This document shows, in pieces, positions 9,765 through 19,022 of a DNA stretch of 64,000 bases; the first letter of the stretch is position 1, and each line of letters opens with the position of its first letter. Below the pieces are notes generated by a model. The model did no database searches, had not been told where the DNA came from, and saw only the letters and a program-made list of their open reading frames with translations. Source of the DNA: Candidatus Thorarchaeota archaeon. GTDB lineage: Archaea > Asgardarchaeota > Thorarchaeia > Thorarchaeales > Thorarchaeaceae. The translations under genes were made by a program, and so were the position numbers. The stretch covers positions 128,001 through 192,000 of the forward strand of contig DXJO01000006.1 in NCBI GenBank assembly GCA_019057475.1. The letters are read 5' to 3'.

Positions 9765-10049
9765 ATGGGCTCAATGGTAGAAGTCTTCGAGATGGATTCG
9801 GGCGCAAAAATGATTGCTATCAGCATGGAGAAGGGCTCTCTAGATTCCACAAAAGTGCTTATCTTCATAGACCACGAGAATAAGACTGTGTATCTGTGGA
9901 GGGGAAACAAGGCTGACCTCTTCAAGAAGCTCATGGGCACAAGGGTCGCTGCCAAGTTGAGTCACACATATTCCAAGTACCGAATCCGTCCCATAGCTGA
10001 AGGCTCAGAGCCGGCAGCATTTCTGGACCTTACAGGTATAAGACGGTAG
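9765..10049 (+). CDS. Single-domain gelsolin-like protein (ProGel type; eukaryotic signature protein)
   Basis: LDSTKVLIFID..TVYLWRGNKA..K..and IAEGSEPAAF: gelsolin repeat consensus (L.S.D.FILD, IYVWxG, .EG.E...F). Confidence 0.8.
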   Translation: MGSMVEVFEMDSGAKMIAISMEKGSLDSTKVLIFIDHENKTVYLWRGNKADLFKKLMGTRVAAKLSHTYSKYRIRPIAEGSEPAAFLDLTGIRR

Positions 10050-10108
10050 CGTAATAATCGACTTCTCGCCAATACACAAATAGATGCTGCTGCTGATTAT
10101 CTAGCGGG

Positions 10109-10426
10109 TTGAATATCCTGATTATTGACCGAAGAGCCTACCTCCACTGGATTAGAAACATCCGACAAGGTTTGGCTACACGCACCGCCATCCTCAGGGC
10201 GCTAGAAAGCGATCAGTGGTTGACTGCCTCCAAGATATCAACTGAAGTTAGCGTAACGGCTGGCACTGTTTCTTATCATCTGAGGAATATGGAGCGGGAG
10301 GATATCGTGACTCGTGACCCTGAAGGAAAAGGCTGGCGCTTGGGTGACTTCGACCAGACGGCTCTTGCAGATTATGTGTCAAAGCGCAGGAAGAAGGCTC
10401 GAAAGAAACGTAGCAAGAAGACGTGA
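10109..10426 (+). CDS. ArsR-like winged-helix protein with PIP-box-like motif and basic tail
   Basis: TRTAILRAL..TASKIS..TVSYHLRNMEREDIV..KGWRL; C-terminal QTALADYV then SKRRKKARKKRSKKT. Confidence 0.75.
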   Translation: MNILIIDRRAYLHWIRNIRQGLATRTAILRALESDQWLTASKISTEVSVTAGTVSYHLRNMEREDIVTRDPEGKGWRLGDFDQTALADYVSKRRKKARKKRSKKT

Positions 10427-10431
10427 TGAAC

Positions 10432-11376
10432 CTAGTGTCCGTATAGACGCTCAGCATTCTCCCAGTAGATTTTCCTGCAGACAGAGTCAGACAGAGCCAA
10501 TCCGTTGATGAATGTCCCACCACTATCTACGGTGTCAGCATCCGTAAAGGGAAGAGGTACGCTTTTTGCATCGCTCTCAAGCAATAGTCGTAAGGACTTG
10601 TATCTACCCTCATAGTAGTCAATCTCGGGGGTATATGCTACGCAGTCCGTGGCGAAGAGAATCCGACCGGCGTACTTAGTCAGGAACGACCGCGATTTCG
10701 AGGCGGCCTTCCCCAATTCTCTTACCATCCATCTGGCCGAACCCATGTCCACGTTGAAGTTCTTGTACCTGTCAAACCACTTGCCCAATTCATTTAGTCG
10801 CCCAGTTTCGGGTTGGGCAGCGAAATGAGCCAGTTGAAGCTTCACTTCGGGATGTCTTGCGACAACGCCTTCCAATTCCTGTAAATCGGCTTTTTTGGAA
10901 CTGAAGTAATTCTGATCATTGTACCTCTTCTCATAGTAAGTATCCGGATCGGATAGATGAAGCAAAAAAGGAATATCCTCGTCAGCAAGGGCTTCAAAGA
11001 ACGGGTCTAGCTCGACTGAGTCCATTTTGAGAACATCAGGTCGCACCTTGACTCTTCCTCGCATCATGGGTGCCGACTGCATCTTCGCCAAGGCGTAACC
11101 CTCTTCTCTGAGAGTCTTCACTTCCCTTACTATCGCATCTACATTTTCGGTGAAACGCAGAGTGCTCGGGATGTATTTTGCGAGAACAAAGCGGCCCGGA
11201 TACATCTTCTCAGCAAATTCCTTTGCGCCAAGGCTGTGGCAGATTAGTAAGGACCTTTCCACTCCATATTTAGTTCCGATTTTCACGAGAATTTGGAGCA
11301 CATCAGTGTCGATTATGTGAGTATGCGCATCGAAAATTGGACCGCTGTATTTGAGTTCATGGCTCAGTCCCAGCAC
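10432..11376 (-). CDS. Amidohydrolase family 2 protein
   Basis: FDAHTH, LLHLSDP, LAHF, RILFATD and KIYWENAERL motifs. Confidence 0.85.
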   Translation of the reverse strand: MLGLSHELKYSGPIFDAHTHIIDTDVLQILVKIGTKYGVERSLLICHSLGAKEFAEKMYPGRFVLAKYIPSTLRFTENVDAIVREVKTLREEGYALAKMQSAPMMRGRVKVRPDVLKMDSVELDPFFEALADEDIPFLLHLSDPDTYYEKRYNDQNYFSSKKADLQELEGVVARHPEVKLQLAHFAAQPETGRLNELGKWFDRYKNFNVDMGSARWMVRELGKAASKSRSFLTKYAGRILFATDCVAYTPEIDYYEGRYKSLRLLLESDAKSVPLPFTDADTVDSGGTFINGLALSDSVCRKIYWENAERLYGH

Positions 11377-11477
11377 CTCAAAGCGGCAAAGGACTCTCTA
11401 CTGAAAACTGTGTCTGTCTGAGTTTTTTTCATGCCCAGCATTTTCCTTTCAATGGCAATTCAAGCTGCTTAAGCAGA

Positions 11478-12806
11478 CTACTCATTTAGCTTGCTCCATA
11501 AGCGTTTGGCAGACTCCGATGATTTCTTGGAAACCTCTTCATCCGAGATCTTAACCAGTCTACCATCGTCCACAACCTTTTCGCCATGGACAAACACGCT
11601 TTTCACGTCGCGACCGCTGAACGTGTTGACTAGATGACCCACAACCGAGTCCGAAGTTAGGGGTGTTGGTACTCTGGTCGTGTCGAGCAACACGATATCT
11701 GCAAGCTTATCAGACTCGATGCTTCCAATCTCATGCTCCAGACCGTAGCATGTTGCACCTTCAAGAGTGGCCATCCTTAATATCTCTTCAGCCCCAATGA
11801 TGCTTGGGTTGCCAGTAGCAAGCCGGTGCACAGTGAGAGCGCATCTCATATTCTCGAACGGATCGTAGATCCAGCCGTCATTTCCGAGACCCACAGGTAT
11901 TCCTCTCTCTAGCATCTTGGGGACGGGAGCTGTGCCCACTCCATTTAGCATGTTACTCATTGGATTATGTGCAACAGAACTTCCGCTTGCTGCAATCAGG
12001 TCCAATTCGTGTTCATCCACGTGCACACAATGAGCTAAAACGGTCCGCGGTCCAAGCAAGCCAACTCGGTCAAGTCTTTCGACTGTTCTTTCTCCGTATT
12101 TCTCTAGATTGTGATAGAGGTCGACTAAACCTTCTGACGTGTGGACTGTGATTGGCATATTGAGACCTTTAGCTGTTGCAACAGCTTTTATAACAATCTC
12201 ATCGCCAACCGTGAACGATGCATGGACGCTCATCATGGCTGACGTGAGCGGATCCTTCTTGCATTTATTGGCAAATCGAATGTTCTCCTTGAGACCCCTA
12301 TTTGCTTCTCCAGCTTCGTTTCTTTCAGTCAATTCGAATGCAAGCATTGCCCTGATACCTACCTTACGAGTTGCTTCGGCGATTGTGTCTAGGCTTCCCT
12401 CGATTGAGTTTGGGCCTGAGTAGGTATCAGCGAAAAATGTCGAACCGTTTCTCAACATATCTGCTGAAGCTGACAGAGCACTAGCATTTGCATCCTTGAG
12501 TGTAAGTGCCGCATCGACAGGCCACCATACGCGTTGAAGAATCTGTGCGAAATCAATAGGCGGTTCAATGCTCAGATTAGCACCGCGTAGTAGAATGCCA
12601 TAAAGATGGGTATGCGCAGTGACAAGACCGGGTATCACGACACAGTTCGAGGCATCTATTGTCCGCTCGGATGAGTCAGCAGGTCGTCCCGAACCCACCT
12701 CTACGATTTTTTCTCCCTCGAAACGCACAAATCCGTTAGGGATTATTGTGCCCTTCTCATCGCAGGTTACAACCAATCCGCCCTTTATCAGAACGCTACC
12801 TTCCAT
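11478..12806 (-). CDS. Amidohydrolase, SsnA / MTA-SAH deaminase-like
   Basis: PGLVTAHTH, VHTSE, LAHCVH, HNPMSN, GLGND motifs. Confidence 0.85.
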   Translation of the reverse strand: MEGSVLIKGGLVVTCDEKGTIIPNGFVRFEGEKIVEVGSGRPADSSERTIDASNCVVIPGLVTAHTHLYGILLRGANLSIEPPIDFAQILQRVWWPVDAALTLKDANASALSASADMLRNGSTFFADTYSGPNSIEGSLDTIAEATRKVGIRAMLAFELTERNEAGEANRGLKENIRFANKCKKDPLTSAMMSVHASFTVGDEIVIKAVATAKGLNMPITVHTSEGLVDLYHNLEKYGERTVERLDRVGLLGPRTVLAHCVHVDEHELDLIAASGSSVAHNPMSNMLNGVGTAPVPKMLERGIPVGLGNDGWIYDPFENMRCALTVHRLATGNPSIIGAEEILRMATLEGATCYGLEHEIGSIESDKLADIVLLDTTRVPTPLTSDSVVGHLVNTFSGRDVKSVFVHGEKVVDDGRLVKISDEEVSKKSSESAKRLWSKLNE

Positions 12807-12824
12807 TAAGCCAACCTCGCAATA

Positions 12825-13230
12825 TCTTGGTTAGGTCTTCAAGTCTGCCAGCGATTGGAGGACTAACCGAGAATAGGGCGCACCCCCGAAGAGCAAAACC
12901 CGCGCTATGACTGATAGACATGGTCACAAACGCTTACCAGGAGCGACCCGTTCTTGGGTGCGGTACAACCCACCTAAGAACCTTTTCTTCGATGACGGTG
13001 TAGATTGAGCAGGAAAGTTATGCATGGGTCCGGATCATTCAGCTTGGCAAACAAGAGTAGTATTACTCGCGGAGGCAGCGCTTGCGAACGGGTCATGGCT
13101 GCTGGCGACAAGACGAGATAGAACCCGACCGCAAGAGCCATTGTCGAATAAAGCAGTTTTGCGAAGGCAAAACGAGGATTTGAAACTTGAGAGGACTGAA
13201 GAATCCGTGGAACCTCACCTTTGCATACAG
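12825..13230. other. Hairpin-rich intergenic region (candidate structured RNA or regulatory leader)
   Basis: Stems at 12825-12872, 12950-12981, 13055-13068 and 13156-13173; perfect 9-bp complement 12945-12953/13086-13094. Confidence 0.4.
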
Positions 13231-13285
13231 TATTCACAAGATTCAAGAGCTTTTGTCCCAAGCTTGAACCAAGAGGGGCCTTCGA

Positions 13286-15577
13286 ATGTGGTATGCGAGA
13301 ATGAAGAGGTTCATGCACGTGTCTGTAGGACTCGTGTTGTTCATTCTTGTTGCTGCTTGTTTGGCTCAGCCAATGAGCGCATGGTCAGGGCTCAAGGATT
13401 CTTCTATGTTCCCTACGCAAGACGCAGACGAACCGCTAGTAATTACCAGCAATGCCGATTTCGAATCACAAGGGTGGCAAGGAACTGGAACCAATGAAGA
13501 CCCCTATGTCATCGAAGGATTGCTTTACGACGGGGGTTTCGGACCGTACATTAACATTACAGGTGTAGATGCACGCTTCGTGATTAGAAATTGCGAAATG
13601 TTGTCACGTCCTGTTGTGCCACAGGAATATGGTTATACTTCTGCGACCTATGTGACCATAAGAAATACACAGAACTTCACTATTGAAGACTGCAGATTTA
13701 TCGGCGGAAGTACTCACATTGTTGTCCATGATTCGAAATGTGTCCGCATACATAGCAACACATTTGCCCAGGGCAATGGCATCGTGTGTATGGACGTTGA
13801 CATCTTGAACGTTTCTGAAAACTCTATAGAAGACTCACATTTCCTGCGTGTGTGGGAAAGCGGCAATGTCAATGTGAGGAATAACTCAATCTTGGGCTAT
13901 GTCTTTTTGTCGGAACCTGCCTATGTGGAAATGGGACCGTACATCATGATTCACACACGGCAGAGAGTCGAGTTCGTTTCAAACACAGTCGTGGGAGAAA
14001 TCGATTTGAGTATCTCTTCAAGGGAGGTTGTGATTCGCAACAACACATTCCTTAATATGACGGGTGGAATCTCAATGCCATACGAGTCATGGTATTCAGG
14101 CGTGAGAACAGTCCAAGTCGAAATCACAGATAACCACTTTGATGGTGGTGGACTATCATTTTGGCAGGACAGCAGCTACCCACTAGACATCGCAGTTATT
14201 GAGAACAACTACATAGCTGGCAAACCCATCCTGTTTCAGAGAGAAGAATCAGAAAAGGTGATCAACTGTCAGTATTATGGACAGGTAATCTCATACCTTT
14301 GTTCGGATACGATATACAGCGGGGGAACCTTCAGGAATGTGAGCATAGGACTTGTGATAATAGACTGCTTCAATTCGAGTATAAGCGACATCGATTTCAG
14401 CTCCTGCTATACTGGTATCATGCTAAGGCACAGCAATAAAATATCCATTGAACGAGTACAGGTGATTGACTGTGTTTTGGGACTGAACGCTCACTACTCA
14501 CACAATATGACAGTGTCCAACTGTCTGTTTGAACAATGCTCTGAGGGTGTGACTTGGTGGTGGTGCGAGGACGGGGAAATCGTATCGAATGTATTTCGCG
14601 AGAATTGGATGGGTCTCAATCTGGACTGGTGCTGTAGGGCTACTGTCACCAGCAACCTGTTCGACCGAAACTTTCGAAATGCGCAAGATTATGGTTATTT
14701 CCCGAACAACTGGGATAACAACACATGGAGTGACTATTCGGGGTTCGGTGTTCACATCTTGTTTATTCATGATGGCAGGATTATAGCAGACCACTACCCT
14801 AAATCCACATTACCTTGGTATCAGCTTCCTGTGGTTATTCAGCTCATATCCATTCTCACGGTGCTATTGCTTCTGTTCACTACCTACATGGTAAGCAAAT
14901 GGACGGGCGGAAGACTGGCGCGATTCCTTAGCAGCAAGAACAATATGCTCGCTCTCCTGTTGCAAATTGAGGTGCTCGCTTCTCCCGTTGTTTTTTCTGT
15001 AGGGGAATCGACGGTCCCCGCTAACATCGAACCTGAGAGCTATTTGATGCTAGGCTCAATCCTCTGGAGAGTGTGGGTACAAGGAATCTGGACATACTTC
15101 CAGGGACCACTCTCAACATACTCTCAGGAGTCATGGAGTCAGTTCTACATAACTAGTAGTCAAATACTGGCAATACTCCTCCTGATGGCGTTCACATTGA
15201 ATAGCTGGCGCCTTCAGCGAATGGGGGCAAGTCGTTTAGACAAGAGAGCTAATATCCTACTCCTGCTCTTGTCAGCTGTCTACCTCGCCTTGATTTACCC
15301 ACAGGCGGGATTGCCATTGCCAGTTGGACCAGTTCTTGTGTATTTCACGCTGAAACTTGTGAGCGAATCTCCTCAGGATACAAGTCCTTCCAAAGGCCTT
15401 CCCCCAGACTACTTGCGGCTTAAATGTCCTAATTGTGGAGCGGTTTATTCTTACAGTCCTTCTTCTCGAGTCAAGGAGGGCGTAGTCAGATGTCAGAACT
15501 GCAACAGGGAGTTTGATCCAAAGCTCATCTCAAAGGAAACGTTGGATGGCAATTACTCGGCCAAAGCCAATGCCTGA
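13286..15577 (+). CDS. NosD/CASH right-handed beta-helix surface protein with polytopic TM region and C-terminal Zn ribbon
   Basis: Signal peptide; GTGTNEDPYVI; parallel beta-helix repeats; NNWDNNTWSDY..DHYP; several TMs; CPNC..CQNC. Confidence 0.8.
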   Translation: MWYARMKRFMHVSVGLVLFILVAACLAQPMSAWSGLKDSSMFPTQDADEPLVITSNADFESQGWQGTGTNEDPYVIEGLLYDGGFGPYINITGVDARFVIRNCEMLSRPVVPQEYGYTSATYVTIRNTQNFTIEDCRFIGGSTHIVVHDSKCVRIHSNTFAQGNGIVCMDVDILNVSENSIEDSHFLRVWESGNVNVRNNSILGYVFLSEPAYVEMGPYIMIHTRQRVEFVSNTVVGEIDLSISSREVVIRNNTFLNMTGGISMPYESWYSGVRTVQVEITDNHFDGGGLSFWQDSSYPLDIAVIENNYIAGKPILFQREESEKVINCQYYGQVISYLCSDTIYSGGTFRNVSIGLVIIDCFNSSISDIDFSSCYTGIMLRHSNKISIERVQVIDCVLGLNAHYSHNMTVSNCLFEQCSEGVTWWWCEDGEIVSNVFRENWMGLNLDWCCRATVTSNLFDRNFRNAQDYGYFPNNWDNNTWSDYSGFGVHILFIHDGRIIADHYPKSTLPWYQLPVVIQLISILTVLLLLFTTYMVSKWTGGRLARFLSSKNNMLALLLQIEVLASPVVFSVGESTVPANIEPESYLMLGSILWRVWVQGIWTYFQGPLSTYSQESWSQFYITSSQILAILLLMAFTLNSWRLQRMGASRLDKRANILLLLLSAVYLALIYPQAGLPLPVGPVLVYFTLKLVSESPQDTSPSKGLPPDYLRLKCPNCGAVYSYSPSSRVKEGVVRCQNCNREFDPKLISKETLDGNYSAKANA

Positions 15578-15588
15578 CCTTGGTGTCT

Positions 15589-17073
15589 TTACATCTCCAT
15601 ATCCACATAGCTGACAGTTCCTTTCTTGGACCTGTATACAACTCCTTCACGCTCAAGCTTGGAGAGTGCTTTCTCGAATTGGGCTCCGGATAACCCTGAT
15701 GAGTCGCATCTTTCCTTTAATGCATCTAATGGGACATTCTTGTTACCTTCAGATGCTATCTGTTTCAAAACCTTTACGAACTTCTGCGTTGGCGGCAAGG
15801 ATTGGTCAATCACTGTGAGTTCTGGTGCGGGTTTGACGCCAATTGAAAAAGGAGGCGCCGAGTCAATGCTAGCAGCTTTCTTCGCACTGAGCAAAGCGGA
15901 TAAGAGATCTATCTTTCCAGGCGCAGCTGCCGGCTTAGTTTCAGAGGGTGCGATATCAGCCAGACTGACTCCTTCTGGTTCTCCCGACGTTTCTCCTATG
16001 AATGGAATTGACTGGGTCTCACCGTAATCAATACCTAACCATTGCGAATCAATATCCTGATTTACAGGGGCGGCTCGAAGAAGCTGGGTTCTATATCGCC
16101 TCATAATTTTCGTTCTCTGAGAGTCGAGATCTGAGCTGGAACATGTTTGCGCTCCCAGCATAAGCAATGAACGTTCGGCTAGGCCACGGACTCGCTTATG
16201 AGAGTCAGTCACGAGATAACCTAAGATTCGGAGAAGACTACTGAACTTGGATGATGAAATGTGCAGATTTTCTAGAAGGCTTTGCTTGACTTTCCAATCT
16301 GGGTCAGCAACCAAATCCATTACAATCCCCCTTGTTGACACGATTCCAAGCTTGCCAACAGCAGACGCTACTTGCACTCGGTCCTTCCAACTTGTTGTTC
16401 TTAGAAATGCAGTGAGATACTTGGATGTAGTGTGATCTACGATTCCACAGATATAGGACAGCAGCTCACGCTTGCTTTCTGCTGACATTTGACATAGGAG
16501 TTGAATCATTTTCCGGCGTGTGCGATTAGGAAAAGCTAAGACCTTCGGTACTGTTCCCAGCGAAATGACCTTAATGTTATCGCGAATCTTTTTCATAGCC
16601 CATCTTGCACCCGGAGGCCCAAGCGATGCCATCAAGCCGAAGACAGTTGGTTGATGCTCTACACCCAAACTCTCAAGAGCGGTAATCCATTGTCTTCGAG
16701 AGTTGTTGGAAATTGGGGCACCATCCTGAACAAATTCTTCCTCAATGCCCTGCAGCACTTGCTCTCTCTCAGCAGGGTTGAGGGTTGTCATGGATCTGAA
16801 GAGTTCTGGAAGATAGACACCGTATGCGTTTCGCACAGCCATCCTAAAGACAAGCTTGCGTAGTATCTGATTATCATCGTCAAGGAGAGTCATAACTTTT
16901 GGCAGTAATGATCGTGCGACAGGATGGGCAACCAGCTGCCCGGCAGATCCGTACAGGGCGCCCAAATCGAACGAGTCTAGGGAACCTGCAATCCGTTTCA
17001 ACTCCCTCAGCTTGGTCATCTCAAGTTTGGTGATATCCAACCGAGCCGTCTTTCTAGGGGTCAAGTCATCCAA
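15589..17073 (-). CDS. HEAT-repeat protein with Pro/Ala linker and C-terminal winged helix
   Basis: HEAT-like units (DDNQILRK, SWKDRVQVA, DPDWKVKQ, DSHKRVRGLA); C-terminus VPLDALKERC..QFEKALSKLEREGVVYRSKKGTV; TTG start with GAGGGG upstream. Confidence 0.7.
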   Translation of the reverse strand: MDDLTPRKTARLDITKLEMTKLRELKRIAGSLDSFDLGALYGSAGQLVAHPVARSLLPKVMTLLDDDNQILRKLVFRMAVRNAYGVYLPELFRSMTTLNPAEREQVLQGIEEEFVQDGAPISNNSRRQWITALESLGVEHQPTVFGLMASLGPPGARWAMKKIRDNIKVISLGTVPKVLAFPNRTRRKMIQLLCQMSAESKRELLSYICGIVDHTTSKYLTAFLRTTSWKDRVQVASAVGKLGIVSTRGIVMDLVADPDWKVKQSLLENLHISSSKFSSLLRILGYLVTDSHKRVRGLAERSLLMLGAQTCSSSDLDSQRTKIMRRYRTQLLRAAPVNQDIDSQWLGIDYGETQSIPFIGETSGEPEGVSLADIAPSETKPAAAPGKIDLLSALLSAKKAASIDSAPPFSIGVKPAPELTVIDQSLPPTQKFVKVLKQIASEGNKNVPLDALKERCDSSGLSGAQFEKALSKLEREGVVYRSKKGTVSYVDMEM

Positions 17074-17093
17074 CCCCCTCGAATATCAATCAC

Positions 17094-18035
17094 CTATTTG
17101 CGCCCTCCCTTTTTCTTAGCTAACGATTTCTTGCTGCGTTTTTTCTTGGATGTTTTGCGCTTTCGAGACTTTGGACGTGAACCTTTCGCGGTTACAAGCA
17201 AGTACTCTGTGAGTGGAGCTTGCACGCTAGGTGTTGGTTCCTTCGCCTTATGGATTTCCTCCTTATCCGCTGAATCTTCAATTAGCTTGCCATTGAGTGT
17301 GACTTGTTCCGTTGATTCTATAGGAATGATTCTGGAAGCATCCGTAATTTCTAGCTCAAGAATTAGATTGTCATATGTTTCCAAAATTTCTACAGCTGCT
17401 GGATCAGCTTCATCTATAGAGCTGGCAGCAATCGTTTTCTCACGGAGTAATCTGCGTCCATACACTGTTCTAGATAGCGCCTTGAGGTCCAGTTTCCCAT
17501 CCTTAGTCTTGGGTCTAGCCATCTTGAATTCCTTGAGATGTGCTTCATGCAAAGAGGCCAGGAGGAATCCCATGCCATCTCTCTCGAGCGCAGATGGTGT
17601 CAGGTTGCCGAGGTCACCCTTCTCTATTAGCTCCATTGCAAGAGTTGAGCACTCAGCTCGGGCCAATCTCCTTCCGTCTTTCCAGCTTTCTCCTTTGCAG
17701 ACCAGCACTAGAACTTCGCTTGCGGGAATGTTTAGCGCCAAACTTAATGAGAGCATTTCAAGGGATCCAAAAATAGCATCTCTAAGCAGAATTAGTGTTT
17801 CTTGAAGATCCTGATCCGGATTCTCTTTTTCCCACTGTGTTTCAATTATTGCGTAAAGCCTATGCCATGGATAAGCCCTCTTGTCCTTCCAGTAACCCTT
17901 GAGCAATTCAGAAATCGCTTCAATATCGCCACGGCTGCTCAAGTCAGCTATCTTGTGGACAAAGACGAGTTTGCTTGATTTGGGCGATCTGCCCTTCTTG
18001 CTCAGAGCATTCATCCTCCGTGGACAAGATGACAC
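17094..18035 (-). CDS. Hypothetical helical protein with PIP-box-like motif and very basic C-terminal tail
   Basis: 313-aa ORF in operon arrangement with the HEAT gene; QAPLTEYL followed by KGSRPKSRKRKTSKKKRSKKSLAKKKGGRK; true start may be the ATG near 18011. Confidence 0.65.
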   Translation of the reverse strand: MSSCPRRMNALSKKGRSPKSSKLVFVHKIADLSSRGDIEAISELLKGYWKDKRAYPWHRLYAIIETQWEKENPDQDLQETLILLRDAIFGSLEMLSLSLALNIPASEVLVLVCKGESWKDGRRLARAECSTLAMELIEKGDLGNLTPSALERDGMGFLLASLHEAHLKEFKMARPKTKDGKLDLKALSRTVYGRRLLREKTIAASSIDEADPAAVEILETYDNLILELEITDASRIIPIESTEQVTLNGKLIEDSADKEEIHKAKEPTPSVQAPLTEYLLVTAKGSRPKSRKRKTSKKKRSKKSLAKKKGGRK

Positions 18036-18122
18036 ATAACGGTAGTGCCTTATTTCACTTTATTGTGACTGTGTCAGTCAATATTGAGGGTAGTATGACT
18101 AGCATTTGAATGAGATGCATAA

Positions 18123-18875
18123 TTAAAAAAGGAGCGAAAGACACGTCAGTGCTCCTTCGCACTTCTCAAACTCGCTCATATCTAGGGTGATGACATCAAA
18201 ACCTGCCTCTCGAACCATAAGAGCAGATTTAGGATAGCCGTTCGTCATTAGAATAGCACCCCCAACTGCCAACGTGTTTGCGGCATAGGCTTCCTTTTCT
18301 GCCACTACTAGTTTCTCGAATTGCACCAGCACTGGATGGTCTACGTATCGTCCTGTACAAATGACAATGCCTTTGCCCAAGTATGTGACATGACTTTTGA
18401 GATGAACAATCTCGGTATCAATAATTGTCTTGACAGGAACTTGGAGCCACTCGCCGACCTGTTCAGCGCCTTCTGCAGTCGTCCTCTGTGTTACTCCAAT
18501 GAGCAACTTATCTGGCAGATGGATGACGTCGCCGCCTTCAATCGTTGCTGGGGGTTGACAGTTCCTCACGTTGAGATGTTTCTCAAACATTTTTCTGACG
18601 GGTGCTTCCTCTCCTCGGCGGGAGCTTGTTCCCATTCGTGCAATAAATGCCCGGTTCCGATGGATGATGGCTATGTCCTCAACGAAACATGAGTCGGGAA
18701 AAGTATCATCTGGAGCAAGTCGTATCAACTCCAGTCCGAGTTCCTTGAGTGTATCGCAGTAAACCTTGTGCTGATCCAGTACTCTGGCTAGGTCAATGGT
18801 GCTTTTCAGCGGATGTGACGAGATACATCTCTGATAGCTATGGCTTGGTGACCTTACAATAGCACGCTTTGCCAT
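18123..18875 (-). CDS. ddaH: Dimethylarginine dimethylaminohydrolase / amidinotransferase (pentein) family
   Basis: FPDSCFVED, RRGE, IEGGD, HLKS and GALTCLS catalytic motifs. Confidence 0.88.
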   Translation of the reverse strand: MAKRAIVRSPSHSYQRCISSHPLKSTIDLARVLDQHKVYCDTLKELGLELIRLAPDDTFPDSCFVEDIAIIHRNRAFIARMGTSSRRGEEAPVRKMFEKHLNVRNCQPPATIEGGDVIHLPDKLLIGVTQRTTAEGAEQVGEWLQVPVKTIIDTEIVHLKSHVTYLGKGIVICTGRYVDHPVLVQFEKLVVAEKEAYAANTLAVGGAILMTNGYPKSALMVREAGFDVITLDMSEFEKCEGALTCLSLLF

Positions 18876-19022
18876 GGCAGCCTTGTCATGACTGCGAACC
18901 CTTTTGATTCCATCGAACCGAGGACATTGCAGCTTGAAATAGTAGGCTAAGGCACCTACCTCAACCTTATTTTGCAGTCACACAAATGGAATACCCAAGC
19001 AAGAAGGAGCCCCGATTCCGAA

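Noticed and set aside
13005-13135. RNase P or SRP RNA (GGAAAGT and AGAACCCG look-alikes)
   Set aside because: The two segments do not form the P4 pairing, other conserved regions are missing, and no SRP helix-8 motif was seen
12974-13497. ORFs 12974-13318 (-) and 13024-13497 (+) as genes
   Set aside because: Both overlap the NosD-like gene start and show no recognisable motifs
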